DNA of 63,587 bases, counting the filler, from Choristocarpus tenellus KU-1152 (taxonomy: Eukaryota > Protista > Phaeophyceae): assembly GCA_964200185.2 (NCBI GenBank). It is 10 parts of 10 records of this genome, joined end to end, with 100 filler letters (N's around TTAATTAATTAA, not from the genome) between each part and the next. Parts side by side here need not be neighbours in the genome. Positions count along the whole stretch, not along the records: positions 47,129 to 57,572 come from CAXNAD020002925.1; positions 57,673 to 60,211 come from CAXNAD020026941.1; positions 60,312 to 63,587 come from CAXNAD020021098.1; 7 more parts are not named here. The stretch is one strand, 5' to 3'. Of this stretch, positions 53,101 through 63,587 are shown one piece after another; position 1 is the stretch's first letter, and the number at the start of each line of letters is the position of its first letter. Made by a program: the position numbers and the translations under genes. The notes below the pieces were generated by a model. That model was not told where the DNA came from and did no database searches. It was given only the letters and a program-made list of their open reading frames with translations.

Positions 53101-56100
53101 GACAGGATGCTAACAATACCATGCATACAACGAAGTAAGTACTCATCATAGCATTCACACCAACAAACTATTGTACTACTTACAAAAGGAATGTAAACAA
53201 ATAATACTGATAACATAGGCCACTTAATTGTCTAATCTTGCACTGCAGAAGTGTGTGTACAAAACAATGTACATGATCCTTAACCCCAAATCTATACGAC
53301 TCCCAAACTCAAACCTATTGTTAAACCTTAACCCTAGTCCTTACAAGTCTCCAAGGGGATTCACCTTTACACAGCATGAATTTCTGTGTTTCTTCAGCAC
53401 CCCCGAAAGGGTCGTCTCCTCAGTGGGGGGGTAAACGTATTCATCGTTATCGTGCATCATCAACCAACGAACTTCCCTATCAGCAGGAGAGAGCTCTTCT
53501 TTGCCCTTTCCCCTAAAATAATTCAAGCACGCCATCAACGGCCCGAGTTCGGATCCCAGCCTGTTTCCAGGGTGTGAGTGGGTAGAGGAAGGGAGGAGGA
53601 GAGAACACAGAGATGGTGATCTTCATAGGATGGATTTCATAAGTTGGTGGAAGGCATTCCATAATGATGAACGCACTAGAGGCCATTGCAAGTCCTGCGG
53701 ATAAACATCTTGGAGTATAATATAATATAGTATAATATAATAAAGTATAATATAATATAGTATAATATAATATAGTATAATATACGTACAAGTTTATCAG
53801 GATATCTACTGTAAACGAGAAATCAGCAACCCAACAACACAAGAAATCAGCCTGGGAGCATGCCTGAAATTTCAAAAATAAAGGATATACAACATATCAG
53901 AATAGACAGAACAACACTTGGTTTGACCCTTCAGTTTTTAAACAAGGAAAAATGGCTCAAATTGCAGTGCTTCACATGCACCTTCAAGTAGCTCTTTGCC
54001 CAATACTCCACCAGGAGGTCTAGGGTTAGGGTAACCGAGTACACATGATCACCCACACACTCTTGACCTCTTTCAAACAACCTTAACCCTCAACCTCCAT
54101 TCCACTTCCTACCATTCACCTGGAAAGTTCTCCCTAACATCAACAAAACGAGTGAAGAAACAGAAAGAACGATTGTTTCTGCTAGTAACAACATCGCCGC
54201 CCTGACTACACTAGCCAACGGGAGCTGTATTTGGAAAAGAAAAAAAACGGAATAAGAACAACGCCTGCCAATGGAGGACATTAATAGGAAACAGATCCAT
54301 GCATATAGCCTCACCCATGAAGCTTGAACTTTTCATAGTGGACTATCCCCGCACGAATGAAGGGCTCTAGCACCTGCTTGAGAAAAGGAATGATAAGAAA
54401 AAACAGTTTCTCATTCTTTTTTTTGTATAATATTACACGCAGCCTTAAACTAGTCATCAAAAAACAGTACAAGCAGCATCAGCATAGGAGAAACAGCAAA
54501 GTGCAAATAGCAATAAAGTGGACATTTAGGGAGGAGGGGGGGAGGGGGTGCATAGCACGAGTGGAATGAAGTTTGAGAAATACAGAACCCAGGTGCTGAT
54601 ACATTCCGACAAGTGTGAGTTGGTATTACATGCAACAAACAAAAAAGCCCTTGGACACATCACATGCAAACTATATGGAACTCCATCTCTTACTCACAAC
54701 GAAGGGCTTCCTTATCCTCACCCTAATGAGGCACAAGATGTAGCTGTTGTGGTTGAGTTGAAGGGGTGCAAACCACAGCCTCTCCCAATGTCTCTTTGCA
54801 TATTTCCCTTCTAGGTGCAATCCTCCAGTGCTCAAGCATATAAATGCCAATAGCCACAACTAAGAAGACATCGACTGCACCCAATTACCCTGGACTACAG
54901 TCTGTCTTAGCCTAGGTTACATTCGTGGCTGGAACAGAAATAGTGAAAGAAGTTCGACAATACTTCTTCTCTAATGCAATCTTCTAAATGCACAAGCGTG
55001 TTATCGTCATTGACTTGTGGAAGTAGGGTCATCAGACACCTGCACTGCCATCTACAATTGGAGTCATCACACTTTCAGAAGACTACAGTCGAGTCATGCC
55101 ATTACAAACTCCGGTAGCATATGTACGGTACAAAACCTTAACACTAATCCACTCATCTTCACAGTACATTCCCACCCCACCAAAGGTATATTGCATGGAC
55201 CCACCCATCAATCTACACCACAATCCCCTCCTCTAAATGTTTCCGAAGTCTGAAACCCTTCCCAATGCATGTCCAAGAGCTACTGCCATCCTTCATCCAA
55301 CAACCATTCTCATCCCTCATCACCACCACTGCCACTGCCGCTATTTCATACCCAATCTCCAATGCAGTTACAACTGGTTAGGCTTGGGTACCTAACAGTT
55401 GGAAATCCAATCCTTCACACAAATACTCATAGTGGGTAGAGGGGTTGTAATGGCAGGGAATGACATCAACTAAGCATAGGAGCATTCTTGGGAGATTAAC
55501 AAGTACGACATGAGAGTCACTTGCGGCAATGGATAGGTACTTTCGCGGCACACACCTTCTCTGTCCCATCTATGCTATCGTCATCGTAGACGTGGATTCG
55601 GTTAATACCCACAACCCAGTGGTAGGCCACCCACTCCGGGAGATAGCGACCATAATCTTTTGTCCGTAAGCATGTGGCCACCTGGCATGACACCAGAAGA
55701 TCACAAAATATTGCAATGTGATCCCGAAGGAACAAGAGGGTGAGCGAGTATTCTCGAGTATAAAACCGGATAGCATCTCAATAAACAACCATTGTTGCAA
55801 TGTAGCTGATGTGTTTGCAATTTGCTACTTCAAGGTAGATAGAGGCTAAAGGTACCCTCCATTACTGGTTTAGGGTGAAATGATCTCCTTAGGGGTCCAC
55901 CCATCCCAATATAACATCTGGGAGTCCCTACTCGCTCCTTCTAGAAAGCTTCCGTGAGTGTATGGTGAAGGAGAAATTGGCGATAAAGTCAATATCTGGT
56001 TAACACGTAAATACATCTTCAACATATATAGTCATAAACGAATCGCAGACCTCCATTCCATAGCCATACTCACCGCATCATTTTGCTTGACCTCTCTTCG

Positions 56101-56394
56101 TCCTTGCAGGATGGCTTGTGTGATGTTCTGGTTTGAGGGAGTAGTGCACCAGGGAGTAAGCACGCTCTCCTCATCTGAATTTGACACAGCCCTCACCCAA
56201 TCCGCACTCAATCCAAATTCTCCACCCGCGTTCTCCCAGATCCATTCTCCTCCCTTCGCTTCTTCTCTCCCACCCGAACCTTCTGATTTCAACCCGCTAA
56301 TGATGGATGCTGCAGCGGTAATAGGGGGCACCCATCTCGGTAAAAAGGTCCTAGCCAACACGTGGGTGAATCCAATAACCAGGATCACGTACAT
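47129..56394 (-). CDS. GT92/DUF23-like (GT-A fold) glycosyltransferase; 3' end truncated, start uncertain
   Basis: Phase-compatible exons: about 56394-56074, 55681-55556, 54373-54315, 53560-53365, 49762-49646, 48445-48272 and 47297-47129. They give a hydrophobic N-terminus, CLRTKDYGRYLPEWVAYHWVVGINRIHVYDDDSIDGT, VLEPFIRAGIVHY, WLMMHDNDEY (DxD), YGSGGH..PRGLVIENY and IRINHY. Confidence 0.85.
47308..47350 (+). repeat. Interstitial telomeric repeat GGG(TTAGGG)6TTAG at the 3' end of a GT92 intron
   Basis: It reads (CCCTAA)n on the transcribed strand and ends 8 nt before the acceptor AG at 47299-47298. Confidence 0.95.
48704..48921 (+). mobile_element. MITE family A, copy 2 (internally deleted, 218 bp)
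   Basis: GAGTCGAAGTATCTT...AAGAAAATTTCATTC, flanked by TCA on both sides. Confidence 0.82.
50074..50368. repeat. 42-bp minisatellite x7 with higher-order structure
   Basis: Unit CAAAACATGTATATACTGTATATAACATATATACATAGATAG, with variants ordered A-B-C-A-A-B-C. Confidence 0.92.
50385..50676 (+). mobile_element. MITE family A, copy 3 (carries an internal telomeric tract)
   Basis: GAACCAAAGTATCTTAG...CTAAGATACTTTCACCA, with (CCCTAA)4 at 50529-50553 that the other copies lack. Confidence 0.82.
53714..53783. repeat. 15-bp AT-rich minisatellite (AGTATAATATAATAT)
   Basis: About 4.5 units. Confidence 0.85.
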
Positions 56395-57143
56395 GCAGCC
56401 GCAGGGTGAAAACAACGTACGTTGTGTTCGGATCCCACGACTCGCAAGGCTTGTCGCAAGGCCTTCGACGGAAAAGAGATAGAGGGGGTAGTGAGAGTCA
56501 GGTAAGTGGTTTATGTTTACACACAACGTAGTAGAGTCTATTCACCTTCTAGATGGTTCCTAGAGTGGGTAGGATGCGAAGTGTTCGGTCTTGATTTGGT
56601 TCGCGACGATCGATGTGAGTGTGAGTTCGTCTCCATCGTGATGGCACAGATGTTCAAACCTGTGTGTGGTACATTATTGTGCCAATTTCTAGTTTGTGAC
56701 GACTGGAACCATAATTGCAGTAAAGCATCGTTAACATTTTCTGGTAGGACTGATGATATGCCTCAGTCAATGTGAAAGAGTATTTGGCTGTGCTGCCGTT
56801 AGCACGTTCGACGTAAGGTGTCAAGTCATAGCGCAACAAAACACCTCTGAGTTCGGCCGGTATGTCCAACGACATGTGTTACTCGATCAGACAATGGTTG
56901 AGGTGAAAGTGTATTTGGTTGTGGTGTGGTTAGCATGTTTGGCGAAAGGTATCATAGTGCTACAAAACACCTTTGAATTCGTTTAGGTAGGTCTGATGAC
57001 ATGTTTTACTCAATGAGACCTGAGACCCTCACATATAGAAATGCATGTTCTCTGGAGAGACTTTCACCTTGACTGAGAAGGATTTAGCAGTATTTAACAC
57101 TGTTTTGAAGGATTATGGTAGGTATGTGGTACATGTAATCATG

Positions 57144-57336
57144 ATGGATTATGATGCGAGAATGTCTGGTAAGATAGAAAGTCACTGTCATTATAATTCT
57201 TACACATACATTGGTGTTCTGAAAGTAATCGATGGTGTTGATGAATTACGATGGGGGAATGTCTGGTAAGATAGGAATTCACTGTTATTATGGTTCTTAC
57301 AGATACTGTGGTGTTCTGAAAGTAATCGATAGTGTT
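57144..57336. repeat. Diverged tandem duplication of about 97 bp
   Basis: GAATGTCTGGTAAGATAG...TGGTGTTCTGAAAGTAATCGAT occurs twice, in units starting at 57144 and 57241. Confidence 0.8.
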
Positions 57337-57572
57337 TTGATGAGGAGTTTGAGAATAACGACCAATGTAATGGATAACTCAACATTCAATACACATTATT
57401 TTATTATTATGCCCTCTGACTTTACATTTTTGCAGATGTGTCAGGGGGAAAACGAATGAAGACTATAAACATACGCAAGTAGCATTATCTCGGCGAGTCA
57501 TGCGTTGCAAGGAGGGGTCTGTTGGATTCTTGGGATGCTTCCTTAGCTTCCCCCCCAGGGGCACAGGAATAG

Positions 57573-57672
57573 NNNNNNNNNNNNNNNNNNNNNNNNNNNN
57601 NNNNNNNNNNNNNNNNTTAATTAATTAANNNNNNNNNNNNNNNNNNNNNNNNNNNNNNNNNNNNNNNNNNNN
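57573..57672. other. Artificial contig linker
   Basis: N44-TTAATTAATTAA-N44. Confidence 0.99.
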
Positions 57673-59119
57673 CGATTGATTTTCCAGCTCGCCACGATTA
57701 ATTAGTCGCTTCGATGATTGATTTCCCAGCTCACAGCGCAATGTGTCCTTCTCTTACCAAATAGTGAATCAGCTTTGGTTCAATATTTGAGTTCTCATTT
57801 TTATATTGCAATTGCCACATGTTTTACCAAAGCACACACCTCATAAATAGAGGTGTAGTATCCCGCGGGATAACATCTTCCCACCCCCTCAACTCTTCTT
57901 CTGATGCGAAGCGAGGTTGGCAATCCTTAACACAAACCAATATCTAACACGGCATATCGTCCTCATCCTACCGTGAAGGTGAACATCACAATTCTTGGCT
58001 GTGTTTTCCCAAACTATTATGGGGTGCTTTGGTGGTCACAAGGTAAGACTGTTTGGGAATCTATTGTTTACACATACTATACCCGTACACCATAACACAC
58101 ATTCGAAAGTTGGCCTAAACACTACACCAAAGGAGGGTACGCTTCAGTCTTAGTTTCAATCATCCAAGACTGTTCCGAGTGTTCAACAATATTTCTCATA
58201 GACATTTTTAACTTTGATGAAGCCTGTGTCACTGTGCGTCGTAACTCCGGAACAGATGTCCTTTGGCCCAAACTGTGGCATCCTTTTGTTCCATTGAGTT
58301 TTACATACATACGAAAGTAGGCGTGCGTCTGTCAACAGCCTGTTTCCTTCATGGTGTCACAATGTTTAACATTATGGGTTTCAACGTAGTGTCATCGGTT
58401 TGTTAATCGGTCACGTTGTTCCTAACCCAAGTAATTAACGATTTAATGACACTAAATCACACTCCCTGTTTCCCATGATTCCCAAGCCTAGAGATATTTG
58501 CATACTAGCAGGCACGTATCATAAATTGTTCATGCCGCGTTGTCATCAAAATCTATCTACATCCGTGACATGACCCACCCGTCACCCACATGGACAGCTG
58601 TCAACCCAACCCGCTAACCACAATACTACCCTCATGTGGACATACTCCTCAAAATCAACACATAGCCCCTCAAGAAACATTTTCCTAACCCTTTCAAAAT
58701 ATGGAATTACCACAATATTCGTCAGCACACAACAACAAATAAAACTCCAATTAATCCGACTAAACCAAAACCCGTTAGTCTCATGCCTCCTCACAATGGA
58801 TGTAGACATTTGTTCACCTCACGTAGCACAAACCTCCACTTAACCCCAATGAATGACCCATTTCTTTCAATACTTCATTGAACAAAAGCACACGAAAATG
58901 GGCACTTTTGACCATATACCTAAACCCCTAACCCCAACCACATACCTTTCGTTATTTCAAGTCCAGAATTCAAAAATCCTCAAAGCAGTGGCGGTCTACT
59001 TTAGCTGGACTTAAGCCCTACCACGACCATAACCAAATGTGTAATCCACACACGCACCCACGAAACACACCATCAACCCCCCTCATACAAGCAACTTATC
59101 CGAAGAACGCGACAAGATA

Positions 59120-59168
59120 AAATGGACCCCAAATGGACACCCGCCCCCCCCCCCAGATACTTTGGCCC
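59120..59168 (-). mobile_element. Solo MITE family B-type terminus
   Basis: The reverse complement reads GGGCCAAAGTATCTGGGGGGGGGGGGCGGGTGTCCATTTGGGG. Confidence 0.65.
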
Positions 59169-59977
59169 AGACAGTGGCAACAGCTGTTACATTACGACAC
59201 TGACTTGCATGTCGTTACTACGGTCAAATTACTGTTTTTACGTAATTGGATTGGCTATTTGTATAAGGTGTGTATTTCATCCTGTGTGGTGGCTGATTAC
59301 CAAACGCCAACATGGACAGATGAAGTTACATTAGTGGCCGTTATAGGAGGTTAAGGGTCGGATGAACGTTTTGCATGATGTACCATATATGGTTAGGGTT
59401 GGTAATGTGGTCTAAAGAAGAGGAGGCAAAGGGATGAGAAGGTGCGAACAAACTCAATTGCTTTCGGGAGTCCGATGCTTGACTACTCTTAGGGTTAGCA
59501 TTGGGTTTGGGGTTGCAAGGGAGATGACGGCGGGACCACTGTCAATGGACAGTTTTGAAACAGTTCCAATGCCAAAAAAATAGAGGGTAGGGTGGTGATG
59601 ATGGTGTAGCCACTATTGACTCGTGCACTGGAAGTAGTTTGAATAGAGTACTAAATACAGGGGATTGTGTGCTGTTATATAATCATGGCCACGACATCCG
59701 AGGTGCATGAGGGGACGGATGAATACGTGGCTGCAGTGTTCAATACTGGTTATCTGGATGGGGTTGGTCTGGAAACATTCTGAAAAAATATATTTTGTAG
59801 AGTATTGGGTGACTATGATGGTGTGACCACTATTGATGCATTGGTTTGAAACAGTTTTATATTACAAATTAGTATAGAGGGTTGGTTGGTGATGATGGTG
59901 TTACGACCATTGACGGGTGCTGTGGAAGCAGTTTGAATACAGAAAAAAATACAGGGAATTGTGTGCTATGATGTAGT

Positions 59978-60145
59978 GGGTCAAAGTATCTGGGGGTGGG
60001 TGTCGGCGTCCGTTTTTCATCCTTTTTTCGATGTTCCCTTTTTTGGTGTGATTTGGTCGCACGTGTCAGATTTGAAATGTCAGCAAAAAAAGAGCTGTTT
60101 GACCGAAACGGACGCCCCCTCACACCCCCCCCCCCCCCCCCCCCC
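59978..60145 (+). mobile_element. MITE family B-related copy, right end lost in a poly-C run near the contig end
   Basis: GGGTCAAAGTATCTGGGGG...GTCCGTTT...GATTTGGTCGCACGTGTCAGAT...AAACGGAC. Confidence 0.7.
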
Positions 60146-60211
60146 GCAGGGCGGCGGGGAGGGGGAGAGGGGGGAACCCCGGGGGGGGCGGGCCCCTCAA
60201 AAAAAAAAAAA

Positions 60212-60311
60212 NNNNNNNNNNNNNNNNNNNNNNNNNNNNNNNNNNNNNNNNNNNNTTAATTAATTAANNNNNNNNNNNNNNNNNNNNNNNNNNNNNNNNN
60301 NNNNNNNNNNN
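60212..60311. other. Artificial contig linker
   Basis: N44-TTAATTAATTAA-N44. Confidence 0.99.
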
Positions 60312-61331
60312 CCCCCCAGGGATACACCTCTAGAAATATAGTGTCTTCTTCACCTCCCCCCCCCCCCCCCCCCCCCTCCTGATCCGCCTCTACTATACTT
60401 CAGTATGAGGATCCAAAGCGTGAGTTGTTCCCAGAAGTGCTGGCACTGAAGCAAATGACAGGGCATTTCATGTTAGGGAGAGAGGTAAGCACTCTACTGA
60501 ATAATTGGTCAGCTTGGGGAATTTGCATACGATTCAGGATATGCTTCAGCCTGTTTTGATCTGTTTTGGGAATACTCTGTTGGAGCAACTGCACAGAAGA
60601 TAGCTTGCAACAAGAGCAATTCACACCAAGTCTGAGAGGGGTAGGGAGCGTTTCTCCTCCTTAAGGTGTCCGATTGGCTCTATGTTCATGCATGCTATTC
60701 TATTGGTGGAAATATTCCTTTTTTTTACAGGGTGTATAGGTGAAGTGTTAAAGTTTGTTGCAATGAAAGCCATAAGAACCAGTAGCATGTTTGAATTTAT
60801 TGAAAATTGATTTTTTGTTGGTTTTTGTATGGAAAAGGTCTTGTTGGTCTTGTCGGTTTTTGTATGGGAAAGGAAGGTCTTGTTGGGTGTGTCCTAGGAC
60901 AACAACAATAATCTTTTTCTTGGTTGCAAATGGTGCACATTATTCAACCTTAGGTATCCCAACTAGACTTTCACATCAATGACATCCAAGGTGTTATTCC
61001 AGCTTGAGACTGGCCAGAAAATTATTGTTACACTCGCCACCAGTTCAATCTCCTGCTCCAGAAACATGTTTACCCCTAAGTCCCTTCCATCCAAAGTGCT
61101 TTCACTGCATAGTCTGCTTGGTAGATACTCTTGTCTTCTAAGCTCTTATCTACTTTGATGGGAATGTGAAGCACCATAGCTTCTCTTGCATAAGCTGTTC
61201 CTCCTTAGGCTTGAAGTGGTGACTCTAAGAACGGTTTGTCAAGGCCTGAGGTATAGCTGTAGTGTTTCAGTGTCACTTGCCTCCTAATAGCCTCTTCATG
61301 ACCTTTTCCGATTTGTATCCCTTATCCCAAG

Positions 61332-62447
61332 ATTGTCCTCTATGTTGACCTACATGGGCACTCAAAGAAGAGCAATATCTTCATGTATGGAGTGGAGAAC
61401 CCAACTGACGCTAACCTGTACATGAGAGAACGCATCATCCCCACCCTGCTAGACAGAGCAAGCCCTCTCTTCAACCTGGAGGATTGTAGCTTTGATGTGA
61501 GGCTGAGGGTGATCAGTAAGGGTCTTGTCCATTTGAGAAATTGTTGGCATTTTTTTCCCCCACACATTTAGATGCTCCTATGGAGTGCTATTATTTCTGA
61601 AGGCGGATGCATTTAGTGCTCTTTCTTGTTTCCTACTCTCTTTGCTCCTGGGTCGTGTGTCTAATGTGTTGAGGAGGGAGGGGTTGTGTAATTGGATCCT
61701 GGTATTTTGTTTGACAAGGTTGTAGGGCCTGTCCTGCTTCTTCGCACGTGTTAGACATCTCACTCTCTTCTCTTCCTGTTTCCATGGAGATGTACATATT
61801 TTTGTTGGCATTTGCCGGTTGTGCTCAACTGAGTTCATTATGACAAGTGTGGTTGTCTTAGTACCTCATGTTCCATAACTGCTATACTTTTTATATCCAA
61901 GTTCTCAGATATTTCTGGTATTTTCTGGAGCATATGGTTGATCAAATTTATGGTACTGTGAAAAATGACAGTTGCACCATTGTGGTAAACGTCCCCTGTG
62001 GTCTTCATGTCTAGCATGTGATAGTTCAATTGCATGCCTCAAGAACCCTCCCTGGTCAAAAGCTGACCACAACTGTTTTTCAAGGGTAGGCCGTGACATG
62101 AGAGCAGTGAATGCTTTTATACAATCAGAAAGAGTAATTAGTAATTGATAAGAAAAATATAACATTGTTAACTTTTTGGACAACAGACAGAGTCATAGCA
62201 GTAATAACAGTAATCATGTACTGATTTAGGGGTATGAAGAGCAAATAGCTAGACCCCCAATTAAATGCCCTGTATATTGCATCAAGCCAATTGTATGTAT
62301 TTGCTTCTATGTTGGTGTCATTGTTACTCTATAACTGTTTTGCAGGTGGGTAAGGGCAAGGAAGGGTGTGGTCGAGTGGTGACCAGGCAGAAGCTGGGCA
62401 TTATTAACAGCTACACCATGGAAGCCAGCTTCATGGGGGCGGACCAG
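61332..62447 (+). CDS. Cytosolic carboxypeptidase (CCP/AGBL, M14 tubulin deglutamylase family), two internal exons
   Basis: Exons 61332-61496 and 62346-62447 give IVLYVDLHGHSKKSNIFMYG...FNLEDCSFD|VGKGKEGCGRVVTRQKLGIINSYTMEASFMG. DxHGHS carries a Zn ligand and SYTME carries the catalytic Glu, as in CCP1-4. Confidence 0.9.
61970..62135 (-). mobile_element. Possible highly decayed non-LTR (LINE) reverse-transcriptase fragment in the CCP intron
   Basis: LSDCIKAFTALMSR...LWSAFDQGG, then TTGDVYHNGA in another frame, resembles the LINE RT pattern DxxKAFDxVxRxxLW...G...VxxNG. The similarity is weak. Confidence 0.25.
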
Positions 62448-62520
62448 GTCAGCACGCAGGATGAAAATATTGTGTGGGAGTGATACTGTCAATAGTGTGG
62501 GATGGATAGGACACTGTATT

Positions 62521-62780
62521 GAGTGAAAGTATCTTAAAGGGTACAAGTTTTGCCCTGTTTGTCCTTTTTGGGCCTGGCTTCTCACGGCTTTTTTTATGAT
62601 TTTTTTCCAACTTTGAAATGTTTCGGAGTATGTAAAATTTATAAATTATGACAAGATGTGTCTGGAACAAGGATATTGACACTTTGTAACAAACATGATA
62701 GTCAAAATTACATCAAAATCGCAACATTGGATTTTGGCCCCCAAATGGACACGGCCCTTCCCTCTAAGATACTTTGGCTC
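62521..62780 (-). mobile_element. MITE family A, copy 4 (260 bp, inverted)
   Basis: GAGTGAAAGTATCTTA...TAAGATACTTTGGCTC, flanked by ATT on both sides. Confidence 0.88.
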
Positions 62781-63553
62781 ATTACAACACACAAAAGGAG
62801 TGCCTTCTATGGTGCACTGCTTCCAAGTATCAGGATTGGTTTGTGTACCAATATGGTGGCCTCTCCCACTAAGCCTCTGAGGTACGTTGTATTCTTTTGT
62901 TGATATTGCTTTGTTAATGCACCCACCAACTCTTGCCTCTATCGGTCTCAGGGTCAATTTGAAGGCCTGCACTTCAACACAGGACACTTTGAGAGTATGG
63001 GACATTCCCTTTGTGAGGTTATCTTGGATCTCTGTGACCCAGAGCAGACCAAGATCAAGAACTTGCACGCAGAGTTGTTGAGAAAGTAAGAGCTTGGACA
63101 ATCTTACGCAATTCCCAATTTATGTTCCTTTTGAGTGCTATCCTCTCATCATCATCTTCCTCTCTTGAAAGGGTATTTATTTCCTCAAGCTGGATGTACT
63201 TAGTTTTTATGCTCACATTGAGTTGCTGTGGTATTCAAATAATGTTTTTTTTCATTTTTCATTGTGGTACTTCTTAGCGGAATTGTAAGGCAGTGCTTGT
63301 ACACCTGTACACCCACGTTTACCCTCAATATGCCACTCTTTACCAACACGATAATGTCCTAATGGAGACCTTAAGGAGCTCTACCCTAGAAAATTAAGAA
63401 GGGTTGTGTGTGACTATTTTGGTGTATCAAACATGTGGTCATCATCGCAAGAGGCTCCTACATCTTTGGTTGAGCGGAGATGAGATATAAGCTGTAAGTG
63501 GACAGACTGTGAATTTAATGTAACATCATTTTAGTCATCATGATAGGGGAAAA

Positions 63554-63587
63554 GCCCCAAAAGTATCTGGGGGGGAGTGGCAGCTGT
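63554..63587 (+). mobile_element. MITE family B-type terminus cut by window end
   Basis: CCAAAAGTATCTGGGGGGGAGTGGCAGCTGT matches the start of the 19833 copy. Confidence 0.6.

Noticed and set aside
62646-63101. 151-aa minus-strand ORF
   Set aside because: It runs through a MITE, is antisense within a probable CCP intron, and has no recognisable domain.

Overview
This is not one contiguous locus. It is ten short eukaryotic contigs (1-6052, 6153-12279, 12380-16059, 16160-19927, 20028-40248, 40349-43032, 43133-47028, 47129-57572, 57673-60211, 60312-63587) joined by identical artificial 100-nt linkers (N44-TTAATTAATTAA-N44), so adjacency across linkers carries no biological meaning. The DNA is intron-rich and nuclear. 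It probably comes from a photosynthetic stramenopile (brown alga or close relative); this is inferred from bipartite signal-plus-Phe plastid presequences, TTAGGG repeats and long introns. Manual splicing gives one complete gene, a 10-exon, 755-aa plastid ABC1K7/ABC1K8-type kinase. It also gives partial genes for SMC3, Rab18, SDHAF2 (head-to-head with Rab18), SF3B4, V-ATPase subunit H, a CsgA-like SDR, a PPR protein, a GT92-like glycosyltransferase, a cytosolic carboxypeptidase and one unknown protein. Non-coding DNA holds two related MITE families sharing a GRGYCAAAGTATCT terminus, many mini/microsatellites, and very dense short interstitial TTAGGG tracts. The best candidates for new biology are: (i) telomeric repeats apparently patched into MITEs, introns and an exon, with one tract forming a ladder of CTAAC branch-point motifs at an acceptor that has no conventional polypyrimidine tract; (ii) a 57-bp tandem duplication creating an AG|GT recursive-splice or nascent-intron site inside the kinase catalytic loop; (iii) GC donors and frequent AAG acceptors. 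I found no CRISPR array, prokaryotic system or intact autonomous transposon. All family assignments come from remembered motifs, not database searches.
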